Source: an uncultured Methanosarcinales archaeon (lineage in GTDB: Archaea > Halobacteriota > Methanosarcinia > Methanosarcinales > Methanosarcinaceae). Taken from it: 64,000 nucleotides of DNA. Under the pieces are notes generated by a model. The model searched no databases, was not told the origin of the DNA, and was given only the letters and a program-made list of their open reading frames with translations. Below, one piece after another: positions 30,909 to 40,006 of the stretch (positions are counted from its first letter, which is position 1; each line of letters starts with the position of its first letter). The stretch spans positions 9,806 to 73,805 of the forward strand of contig CAYUQC010000001.1 of assembly GCA_964446755.1 (NCBI GenBank). Direction: 5' to 3'. Made by a program: the position numbers and the translations under genes.

Positions 30909-31517
30909 TTACAAAGTCAGGAAGTACTCAGCCACAACTTCTGCCATTGCTGCGGATTCCGTGGCGGTTGCAGTGCCTGTTGCGCCGGGGCCGTTGTCAT
31001 GCACGTAGAAGAAGTCACCTGTGAAGGTTACGTCATAGTAATCGGAAGATGCAGACAATGCCGGGGTGTCACGAATTGCGAAGCTCAAGGGCATATAACA
31101 GGTATTGTTGTTCGGGCCTGTGCGGACAGCAACCAAAAGTTTGCCGTCTTCAGCAGCATTAGAGGCACCTGTTTCGAATGCGTCCATGTACATGTTGACC
31201 ATGTCAACAAAGACAACGTCGTAGCCTGCATAATCAGATTCAGCGGCTGCGTAGAATTCGGCGCTGGGTTCGGACCAGTAGGATCCGGCTTCATACCCTG
31301 CCATAGAAGTAACGTTGACGTAAATGCCGTTATAAACAGCAACGCCGGGTGTATTGAAGTCAGGGTATGTGTCAAAGGGCCAGCCGTCCCAGTCTGCAAA
31401 GACATACAAAACTTCAATCGGGTCGTCAGCTGTACCGTCACCTGCAGATGCCAACGGGGCAAATGCAAAGACTAACATGACTGCGAGTGCAGCCAATAAT
31501 GTTCTTGAGAATTTCAT
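30909..31517 (-). CDS. Secreted acidic protein, stand-alone paralog of a domain in the giant CobN-like protein
   Basis: Signal peptide MKFSRTLLAALAVML...ASA; GGAG RBS before ATG 31517; AAAESDYAGYDVVFVDM matches AAAENFSAYDVVFFDM in the downstream protein. Confidence 0.75.
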   Translation of the reverse strand: MKFSRTLLAALAVMLVFAFAPLASAGDGTADDPIEVLYVFADWDGWPFDTYPDFNTPGVAVYNGIYVNVTSMAGYEAGSYWSEPSAEFYAAAESDYAGYDVVFVDMVNMYMDAFETGASNAAEDGKLLVAVRTGPNNNTCYMPLSFAIRDTPALSASSDYYDVTFTGDFFYVHDNGPGATGTATATESAAMAEVVAEYFLTL

Positions 31518-32828
31518 AGTATATTTCTCCATTATTTTTTAAATTTCAAAACGAATCCGCGACTCCCTTTTCTTTCCCGAAAGCCTGCCGGATTTAGGAA
31601 AAGCCGGCGAAGCGGGAGAACGATAGGGGCAGAAATTCCCGATTTTTCTGCGATCCGCAGAAAACCGAACCTGACTTTGATGAGAAAATTGAGAGAGAAA
31701 CACATACTGAAAAAGGAAAGCAAGAACGGAGAAAGGTATTTAAACTTTAACCGCTTATTGATATTTGTTCCTTTTAACATTGTTATACAATTTCTATCTC
31801 AAGCAACTCTTGAGTCCGGTTCGGCCACGTTGCACCATGGTCGAAACATTTCTTTATATCTGATTTTGTTTTGTTTTTCAATTTTCACCGCCCGGTTCAT
31901 TGAAGAACCGCTCCCGAAAAGAATTCGGAATTCAGGCGGCACCTGATTTTTAAATGTTTTTGAGTTTGCCTCCGTTTTTATTTCCCCTGATTTTTAAGAT
32001 GCGAGAAGTTTTTCATAACCGGCATGCGGGGTTATCGGTTTTGCATGCCGAAGACAGGGATATCAACGAAGGCAAACCAAATCCGAAATCGGATTTGACG
32101 AGTTGAGGCAGCAATCAAAAGACCGGAGGGGTTGATTTTGGAAATACGGGCTTTGATCCGGACTTTTGATGAATTGCTGATTTGGGATAGAGAGCGGCAG
32201 CCCTGCTTAAAAACAAGGCCACGCGGATTTCTGCTTCCTTGCCGCCTGCCGGTTTTGAACCGATTGCATTTCTCGGGAGTGAGAAGAGTGACCGAAAAAT
32301 CGGATTGATTTTTTAAGTCAGATCAGGCGACATCGTGAACCCGCCCGAAACGGGAGAGTGTTTAATGGAAATGGCGGATACTTCCGCACACTTTGAAAAA
32401 AGTAAAGAAAAGAGAGGCTCAGACGTCGAAAATCCTTTTATATTTCCCGAACGTTTAGCGTATGCCTCTGTTTACTTTACTTTCGCTGTATGGTGACAGG
32501 GTATTGATGACGGCCGAGTCAAAGGCGGCCGGCATCTCTTGTTTTATAGTTGATCGAAACGGAGATTTCGATGAATTACATATGTCGGCAATTTGTTTTC
32601 CAATCGTTTTCGGGTTTCAGAGTGAATATAGAACATTCAATTCAAATTCCGCAGACCGGATTTTCCCGTTTTTACCGGCATTGACAACATAAACTGTCTG
32701 CACAGATCTGAACTTGTTTTGTACAGCCAAAAAGAGAAGCGTAGCTTTCGCTTTACCTTCCCCGCAAGAACATCCTGCAATGCCGCACATGTCAACTGAA
32801 ATATCAGTAAAACAAGTAAAATTGTGCA
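31518..32828 (-). ncRNA. Candidate very long structured leader or ncRNA (about 1.3 kb)
   Basis: No credible ORF; many nested inverted repeats; TATA at 32852-32859 pointing towards the cobN-like operon. Confidence 0.45.
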
Positions 32829-32860
32829 GGATAAATTAAAGGATAACGAAATATATAAAG
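32813..32860 (-). promoter_or_regulatory. TATA box plus conserved 16-mer (copy 2)
   Basis: Minus strand CTTTATATA-N23-TGCACAATTTTACTTG. Confidence 0.55.
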
Positions 32861-33150
32861 ATTGTCTTTTGTTAAAAACAACATTTATCGGCTTGAAAAA
32901 AATAAAAAGAAAAACGGAAAAAATTAATTGAAGACAAATTAAATTAAAAAAAGAAATAAAAAGATAATAGAAATGGAAATAGATAGCATATATAATCCAA
33001 ATAGATTATAAAACAAAAAAGAAAAATCAGCCTTTATAGAGAGAGTTTGGTGATAAATTAAGAGAGTGGTATATAAAGGCTGGACAAAACGAACCGAAAA
33101 CCCGTTTTCACGAATTTTCTGCGGACGCCTGTTGAAAAGCATAAAACTGC

Positions 33151-33251
33151 GGGCGAAACCATAAAAATCGCGAAGCGATTTTCACAAACATCACCCGCCA
33201 ATCATGGGCGAAACCACGGAAACCGCGAAGCAGTTTCCGCAAACACCGCCC
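33151..33251 (-). repeat. Tandem pair of 46-bp palindromic REP-like units (period 55)
   Basis: GGGCGAAACCA...CGCGAAGC...CAAACA...CCC at 33151-33196 and 33206-33251, with compensatory stem changes. Confidence 0.75.
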
Positions 33252-33295
33252 TAAACAGCCTATTTAAAATTCCGAGCGAGGCGAGGAATTTTATT

Positions 33296-34930
33296 TTACA
33301 TCATACCGGGAGGCATTCCGCCCATGCCCGGCATACCGCCCTGGGGCATCGGCATGGATTTTGCGGATGCAATCACATCATCAATCCGAAGGATCATGAT
33401 AGTGGATTCGGTTGCGGCGTTGATGGCTTGTGTTTTAATCCTTAAGGGTTCAAGAACGCTGTTTTCATACATGTCCTCGACCTTGCCTTCATAAACATTG
33501 AGACCGGCATTCTTGTTGCCTTTCTCATGCTGTGCTTTCATTTCGGCAAGCATATTGATCGGGTCAAGACCTGCATTTTCCGCGAGGGTCTGTGGGATGA
33601 TTTCAAGCGCGGAAGCAAACTTGGCAACAGCAAGCTGTTCTCTGCCGGAAAGCGTTGCTGCGTATTCCTGAAGGCGGAGAGAAATTTCGATTTCGGGTGA
33701 GCCGCCGCCGACGACGACTTTCTGGTCTTCGATGGCCACACCGACGACACGAATTGCGTCTTCAATGGCGCGGTCCAATGCGTCGACAACGTGTTCGGTT
33801 CCGCCGCGGAGGAAGAGTGAAACGGTTTTTGTGCCCGGGCAGCCCGTGACGTAAATCATCTTGGAGCCGGTGGTTTCTTTTTCTTCAACGAGTTTAGCCG
33901 AGCCGAGATCTTCCGCTTTGATTTCATCAATGTTTGTCAGAATCTTGGCGTTGGTGGCTTCGGAAAGGCGGGTCATATCGCTCTGCTTGATGCGGCGTGC
34001 GGCTAAAATGCCGGCTTTTGCCAAATAATACTGAGCAAGGTCATCAATGCCTTTCTGGCAGAAAATGACATTTGCGCCGGAAGCAAGGACTTTGTTGATG
34101 ATTTCCTTGAGCATGGCTTCTTCCTGTTCGATGAAGCTGAGCATTTGGTCCGGAGAGGTAATTTTGATTTCGGATTTGGTTTCCGTTTTCTTATATTCGA
34201 TGGCCGCGCCGAGAAGAAGGATCTTGGCGTCTTTGATGCTGGTCGGCATGTTCGGGTGAACGCGCTCTTTGTCAATGATTACGCCGTCAATCAGAACGGA
34301 GTCTTCAATGCTTCCGCCGGCACGTTTTTCGACTTTAATCTTGTCGGTGTCGGCAACGATTTTGCCGTGCGCGTCGGTCTTTGTGATGGAACGGACAGCT
34401 TCGACCGTCAAGTCGGAAAGTTTATCTTTGTGGGCTTCCGCGCCTTTGCCGGTAATTGCGGTTGCGGCAATCTTTTTCAATGTTTCGACATCATCAACGG
34501 ATGCGTTCAGTGCGATGGAGTTGACGATTTCCTGCGCTTTTTCGGATGCCAAGCGGTAGCCGGCAGAAATGATGGTCGGGTGAATGCCGTCTTCCAAAAG
34601 TTCTTCGGCGTTTGCCAAAAGCTCGCCTGCCAAAACGGCTGCGGTCGTTGTTCCGTCGCCGACTTCGGCGTCCTGGGTTTTGGAAATTTCGACAATCATT
34701 TTTGCCGCCGGATGTTCGATATCCATTTCTCTTAAAATGGCTGCACCGTCGTTTGTAATGATGACATCGCCCATGGAATCAACGAGCATTTTGTCCATTC
34801 CTTTGGGGCCGAGCGTTGTTCTGACCGCCTCAGCGACCGCTTTGGCGGCCATGATGTTATTGTTTTGGGCATCGGAACCTCTCGTTCTTCTGCTGCCTTC
34901 ACTTAAAATAAAGATGGGTTGTCCGGACAT
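33296..34930 (-). CDS. ths: Thermosome (group II chaperonin) subunit
   Basis: [19 protein letters not shown]-rich tail; AGGAGG RBS before ATG 34930. Confidence 0.96.
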   Translation of the reverse strand: MSGQPIFILSEGSRRTRGSDAQNNNIMAAKAVAEAVRTTLGPKGMDKMLVDSMGDVIITNDGAAILREMDIEHPAAKMIVEISKTQDAEVGDGTTTAAVLAGELLANAEELLEDGIHPTIISAGYRLASEKAQEIVNSIALNASVDDVETLKKIAATAITGKGAEAHKDKLSDLTVEAVRSITKTDAHGKIVADTDKIKVEKRAGGSIEDSVLIDGVIIDKERVHPNMPTSIKDAKILLLGAAIEYKKTETKSEIKITSPDQMLSFIEQEEAMLKEIINKVLASGANVIFCQKGIDDLAQYYLAKAGILAARRIKQSDMTRLSEATNAKILTNIDEIKAEDLGSAKLVEEKETTGSKMIYVTGCPGTKTVSLFLRGGTEHVVDALDRAIEDAIRVVGVAIEDQKVVVGGGSPEIEISLRLQEYAATLSGREQLAVAKFASALEIIPQTLAENAGLDPINMLAEMKAQHEKGNKNAGLNVYEGKVEDMYENSVLEPLRIKTQAINAATESTIMILRIDDVIASAKSMPMPQGGMPGMGGMPPGMM

Positions 34931-35232
34931 AATTACTAAATCCTCCTTTGATAAATTGTAAGATAACTGTCGGATTGACAAATAAGTATTACACGAACGG
35001 TTTCGAACAAGCCGAAAACCGAAAATTTAATTTTTCACAAAACAGCCGGTATAAAATCATCATTTAAAGAGGCTGTTTTATGCATCTGTCATTCAGATTT
35101 GGAATTAAACTAATGTAAACGCTTCTATATAAGAGTTCCCCTTAAAAGTTTTCCAAAAAAAGAAGCAGAAGGATGAAAAAGAAGCAATAAAGGGGAGATA
35201 AAACAGGATTTTCAAACAAATGGAATACCGAG

Positions 35233-36546
35233 TTATTCGGATTCTGCATCTTCCTGTTTTTCTTCAATGCCGCATTTCGTTTCTTCGTCCGAGATCGGCT
35301 CGGCCGTTTTCTCGATTTTAAGTTTTGTCACGCGTTGTTCGTCGGCTTCCAGAACCGTCACACGCAGGTTTTTGTAAGTGAAAACATCGCCTGCCTTAGG
35401 GATACGCTCAAAAACATCTAAAGCCCATCCTCCGGCTGTATTGTAATTGCATTCAAAGTCCCGGTTATCGACTTCCAGATAATCAAACAAATCATCAATA
35501 TTCATATTGCCGCTGACTTCGAAGGTCCCGTCGTCCATTTCAGCGATTTCTTCAACAATTTCGTCGTACTCGTCCCAAATTTCGCCGACAAGCTCCTCTA
35601 AGATATCTTCCATCGTGACAATGCCTTTTGTGCTGCCGTAATCATCGACAACGACCGCCAAATGAGATTTAGCCGCGCGCATTTCGTTGAGAAGCGGAGA
35701 AATATTCATCGTCACGTAAGCGAAAGTGACCGGCTTGATCAAAGCGCGGATATTAACGCGCCGGTGCGTTGCGATACGGGTCAGCACGTCTTTGACATTA
35801 ATAATGCCCTTGATGTCGTCCAAATTGTCTTTGTAAACCGGCATCCGCGTGTATCCTTCGTCAATAATAATTTTCAAAATCGAATCGATGTCATCATTGA
35901 TATTAATCGCCACAATATCCGAACGCGGCGTCATGATTTCCTGAACGGTCGTCTCATCGAAATCCAAAGCCGACTGAACCAGATCGCTTTCATCTTCTTC
36001 CAAGATACCTTCTTCTTCAATGGTTTCAACGATATACTTCAACTCGCTTTCCGTGATGGAAGGTCCTTCGACTTCTTTTTTCCGGTTGAACAGATTAATC
36101 AGTTTGACCAAAATAAACGCGGCCGGCGAAAAGACAACCATGATGATGCTGACAATTCTTGAAGTTGCCAATGCATACTTCTCGGCGTTGGCTTTTGCGA
36201 TGCTCTTCGGAAGTGTTTCGCCGAAAACCAAAACAACAATCGTCACAACAACCGTTGAAACGGCGGCGGCCAATTCTTCGGGGAACAGGCGTGCGAACAG
36301 AATGGTTGCGATTGAAGAAGCGCCGATATTGACAATATTATTGCCGATCAAAACAGTTGAAATGAATTTATCGTAATCTTCCGTGATTTTCAGAACGCGC
36401 TTTGCCGCCGTGCTTCCGTTTTCAGCCATCGCTTTCAGACGAAGTTTATTGGCGGTCGAGTAAGAAGTCTCCGTTGCCGAGAAAAAGGCGGACAGTGCGA
36501 GCAGGATAAGCAGCAGTATATACCAAAAGGTCAAAGATATTTCCAT
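35233..36546 (-). CDS. CNNM/HlyC-CorC family Mg/Co transport protein (DUF21-CBS-CorC)
   Basis: SAFFSATET, LIGNNIVN, FGETLPK, IMTPR, DDYG...MEDILEELVGEI. Confidence 0.9.
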   Translation of the reverse strand: MEISLTFWYILLLILLALSAFFSATETSYSTANKLRLKAMAENGSTAAKRVLKITEDYDKFISTVLIGNNIVNIGASSIATILFARLFPEELAAAVSTVVVTIVVLVFGETLPKSIAKANAEKYALATSRIVSIIMVVFSPAAFILVKLINLFNRKKEVEGPSITESELKYIVETIEEEGILEEDESDLVQSALDFDETTVQEIMTPRSDIVAININDDIDSILKIIIDEGYTRMPVYKDNLDDIKGIINVKDVLTRIATHRRVNIRALIKPVTFAYVTMNISPLLNEMRAAKSHLAVVVDDYGSTKGIVTMEDILEELVGEIWDEYDEIVEEIAEMDDGTFEVSGNMNIDDLFDYLEVDNRDFECNYNTAGGWALDVFERIPKAGDVFTYKNLRVTVLEADEQRVTKLKIEKTAEPISDEETKCGIEEKQEDAESE

Positions 36547-36754
36547 AATGAATGCACACTCAAAAAACAATTCCCGATGAAGAAATTCGTTTTGAAAAAG
36601 AATCAATTTGATTCAACAGTTAACAGCGTAAGATGAATTCCATTCAATATAAACGTATTTAAAATTGAAATAAACCTGCACCATGTTTTAATAGAATCAA
36701 CACGGTTTTAATTTACTTTTACAGAACGGTTTAACAATACAACAGAGGGAAAAT

Positions 36755-37216
36755 ATGGTATTGGAAAATGTAGATACATTGACACTTATTTATATCGGAA
36801 TCGGCGTCTTCGCCTACTTTACGATTTTATTCCTGACTTTCCGGGACATGCGCATTTTCAGAAGAACAGGATACGTTTCTTACAGAAAAGGCGCGTTTAA
36901 AGGAATCATCGCCTCATCCGTTGTTTTGCTCGGCATTTTTTTAACGCAGTCTATGCAGCTCCTCGGATTGGGTCTTGTTTTCCTCGGCCTGATGATTAAC
37001 CAGAAAGGGGCGCGTGAAAAGGTTTTTACCACCGCCGGCACGTTTCAGCGGTTTATCGGCCAGACAGACATTGTTTTGACAAATGAAGAAAAGAAAGAAC
37101 TCTACGAACAGCAGATGGCCGATAAAAAACGTATGGAAAAAGAAAAAGAACGTGCGGAGCGGAACGAAAAACTCCGTGAAAAGAGAGAAAAAGAAGATGA
37201 GGCGGAAGAGCCTTAA
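36755..37216 (+). CDS. Hypothetical membrane protein (3 TM, charged tail)
   Basis: 153 aa, GAGG RBS, hydrophobic segments. Confidence 0.7.
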   Translation: MVLENVDTLTLIYIGIGVFAYFTILFLTFRDMRIFRRTGYVSYRKGAFKGIIASSVVLLGIFLTQSMQLLGLGLVFLGLMINQKGAREKVFTTAGTFQRFIGQTDIVLTNEEKKELYEQQMADKKRMEKEKERAERNEKLREKREKEDEAEEP

Positions 37217-37275
37217 TCTTCAAAATTTATTTTTAAAAACGGCATAATTAAACCGATTGATTTTGTTTCACAACC

Positions 37276-37557
37276 TTATTCGGCTGTTTCGGTGACCGGT
37301 GCCTGTGTATTTTGAACCGGTATGCTTCCGCGGCCCGGTACGTTATTTTTGTAAAGGGCGGGAATAATTTTTGTCATTACCATGGGTGTGACAAAACTTG
37401 TCAGAATGAAAGCAAAAACAAATGCAACGGCCCATGCTTCAAGCCAGTGTAAAAGTGTCGGCATTTGACCGGTATTAATGGTCAGTTCAATTAAAGACAT
37501 GCCGCAGGACATGAAAAATACCATGCAAAGTTTTGTTGCTGTTTCTCTTTTAATCAT
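37276..37557 (-). CDS. Small membrane protein, DUF2798-like
   Basis: MxxxMS...WLxAWxxAF pattern; GAGGT RBS. Confidence 0.65.
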   Translation of the reverse strand: MIKRETATKLCMVFFMSCGMSLIELTINTGQMPTLLHWLEAWAVAFVFAFILTSFVTPMVMTKIIPALYKNNVPGRGSIPVQNTQAPVTETAE

Positions 37558-37826
37558 AAGAATTACCTCGTTCATATTAAAAATATACAAACTTTTCAAA
37601 ATTTCACTTGTTCTAAAACAAAACGAGTTACCAATTGAACAGATTGAAAGCGGAAAGAATTCCGGAAATCAATATGCAGTTCAATCCTTTTCGAAAGAAG
37701 TATAAAAGGATTTTGCATATAACAGAAAGAGATATAAAGAAAACAGGTTCGAGAGAACTGCCATAAAGTCATGAATATTAATGAGAGTTGAAAAAATCAA
37801 AAAACGATTAAAAAGAGAAGAGCGGA

Positions 37827-39059
37827 TTAAGAAGCATCCGCCGTTTTCTGAATAATATCATCAATATCTTCTTTTAATATTTCGGGAATGCCTTCAATGC
37901 CCGCACTCAGGAAACCGCGGACAATCAGGCTTGTCGCTTCATTCTCGTCCAAACCGCGCGTCATGAGATATTCCACTTGGTCGCGGGCGATCCGGCCGAT
38001 GGCCGCTTCGTGGGTCATTTCGACATCCATCGCGTGTGCTTCAAGCGCAGGAATGGCTTTCTGAGAACCGTTTTCGTTGAGAACCAACCCGTTGCATTCC
38101 AAATGTCCGTAAACCAGCGGCGCGTTTCCGATGATATCGCCGCGTGAGATCACTTCACCGCCGATTGTAATCGTCCGGGAGATGATTTCGGTTTTGGTGT
38201 GCGGCGCATTCAAAAAGACGCGGCTGCCCATATCCAAAACAGAGCCCGGATGTGCGACAGCGATCGTATTGAAATATGCCGTTGCCCCTTCGCCTTCCAA
38301 ATAAGCGGACGGGTTCGTCTGAATAGATTTAGCCGGTTTGAGGCAGACATAATTATTGGTCAAAAGACCGCCTTCTTCAATCCGGATGCCTGTCCTCGGG
38401 CGGACTTCAACCGATTCGTCCCAGTCATGAATCATGGAAAACGTCAGCTTCCCGTTCTTTTTGACATACATTTCGGAAACACCGATGTGAAGCGCACGTT
38501 TGACATCGTCGTGCGTCAAGCAGCCGGTCACCACTTCAAGCTCGGCGCCTTCTTCCACGATGATAATGTTGTGCACCGTCTGAAGCGCTTTTTCTGACCC
38601 GATCATTAAACAGGACTGAACGGGGGCCGTTACTTTAACGCCCGGAAGAACGCGGATGAAATAACCGTCAGATTCTTCCAAATAACTCTCCGCTGTGTAT
38701 TTATCGGTCTCGGGATTAACAAGCTTCCACCAGTAATCTTCCAGCCAATCGTATTTCTCCCGCGCTTCTTTGACGGACATGATTTCCAACCCGTCCTGAG
38801 AAGAGGAACGGTGAGAAACTTTATTGTTAAACATCAAAAAATTGCCGCCCGCATTGCCGTCTGCGGAAATGCCGACATTCGTGAGAGATGATTTGATCAT
38901 GGAATCCAAATCGGTCATTTTATTGACCCGAATCGATTCGTCGGGAATATGATAAAGTTTCAAATCGACGTGGCCGCCGTACATGGCTTCCTTGTCCAAA
39001 GACTTCTGAACGCGCTCTGCCGTTTCTTTGTCCTTTGAGTTGTTTTTATTTTCTGCCAT
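37827..39059 (-). CDS. sufB: SufB/SufD-family Fe-S scaffold (SmsB type)
   Basis: QTVHNIII, GHLECNGL, THEAAIGRI, YLMTRGL. Confidence 0.9.
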   Translation of the reverse strand: MAENKNNSKDKETAERVQKSLDKEAMYGGHVDLKLYHIPDESIRVNKMTDLDSMIKSSLTNVGISADGNAGGNFLMFNNKVSHRSSSQDGLEIMSVKEAREKYDWLEDYWWKLVNPETDKYTAESYLEESDGYFIRVLPGVKVTAPVQSCLMIGSEKALQTVHNIIIVEEGAELEVVTGCLTHDDVKRALHIGVSEMYVKKNGKLTFSMIHDWDESVEVRPRTGIRIEEGGLLTNNYVCLKPAKSIQTNPSAYLEGEGATAYFNTIAVAHPGSVLDMGSRVFLNAPHTKTEIISRTITIGGEVISRGDIIGNAPLVYGHLECNGLVLNENGSQKAIPALEAHAMDVEMTHEAAIGRIARDQVEYLMTRGLDENEATSLIVRGFLSAGIEGIPEILKEDIDDIIQKTADAS

Positions 39060-39068
39060 TTTTCCACC

Positions 39069-39824
39069 TCATTTCAGCTGCTGAATATTCAGCTTGCAGC
39101 GAATGCATTCTTCATAACCCTGCGTCTTAATTTCCTTGAGCAGGCGGTTCGGATTGCCGGAACACATAACGGTTCCGTTGCACAGAATATACGCTTTGTC
39201 GGCATCCAAATAATCTAAAATCTCACCCGTATGTGTGATCACAAGCGCGGATTTTCTTTCGGGATCGTTTGAAGCGCATGATTTTTTGTTGCAGATCAAC
39301 TTTTTGATCATATTGCCGACCTGTGCCATGTTGACAGGATCAACACCGGACTCGGGTTCATCCAAAAGATAAAAATCAGGGCGCTGAACACTGAGCTGAA
39401 GAAGCTCGGAGCGTTTGATTTCACCGCCGGAAAAACCGACATTGATATCGCGGTCCAAAAAGCGTTCCATGTCAATGCTCCGGGACAGTTCTTCCAGATT
39501 CAAAAGCTTTTTATGCGTTTCAATTTCCAACAGGTCCCGCAGCTTAACACCTGCAATATTAGGCGGGCGCTGAGACATAATACCGATGCCCATTTTCGCA
39601 CGTTCATTAATGGGTGTTTCCGTGATGTCTTTGCCTTTGAAAAAAATCTTGCCGGAAGTGACTTTAAAATTGGAAAAACCCATAATCGTGCTCAGAAGCG
39701 CAGATTTTCCGGCACCGTTGGGGCCGAATAAAATCGTTGTTTCGCCTTTTTCCACCGTCAGCGATACATTTTTAAGAAGCGGGCGCCCGGCCACCTCTGC
39801 ATATAAATCTTCGATTTGAAGCAT
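39069..39824 (-). CDS. sufC: SufC-like ABC ATPase (SmsC type)
   Basis: GPNGAGKS, NVGFSGGEIKR, LDEPESGVD, C-terminal CxxC. Confidence 0.9.
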   Translation of the reverse strand: MLQIEDLYAEVAGRPLLKNVSLTVEKGETTILFGPNGAGKSALLSTIMGFSNFKVTSGKIFFKGKDITETPINERAKMGIGIMSQRPPNIAGVKLRDLLEIETHKKLLNLEELSRSIDMERFLDRDINVGFSGGEIKRSELLQLSVQRPDFYLLDEPESGVDPVNMAQVGNMIKKLICNKKSCASNDPERKSALVITHTGEILDYLDADKAYILCNGTVMCSGNPNRLLKEIKTQGYEECIRCKLNIQQLK

Positions 39825-40006
39825 CGTTTTGACTCCGTAAATATTTGAATTATTATAATACGATTTGAAGAATAAAAAGATTCTCAAACCGTTTTTATTT
39901 TATCATTCTTTGCCGTGATTCTATAAAACAGCATAGTATCAAAAAGATACTCGATTATTGATGCATTTCTATAAAAAGATTTGCAAAAAGAAAATTGTCA
40001 CGGTTT

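Noticed and set aside
31671-31710. C/D box sRNA (CTGA-ctt-TGATGA...CTGA)
   Set aside because: No upstream C box at proper spacing, and it lies opposite the likely transcript.
31532-32692. Short ORFs 31532..31780, 31677..31946 and 32462..32692 as genes
   Set aside because: No clear RBS or motifs; composition reflects A/T runs and hairpins.
31518-32828. Canonical cobalamin riboswitch upstream of the cobN-like operon
   Set aside because: Only an isolated AGTCAGG is present; the GGGAA...GCCACTG...AGYCAG order was not found by eye. An Rfam scan is still needed.
33151-33251. Mini CRISPR array
   Set aside because: Only two diverged units, a 9-bp gap instead of a spacer, and no cas genes.
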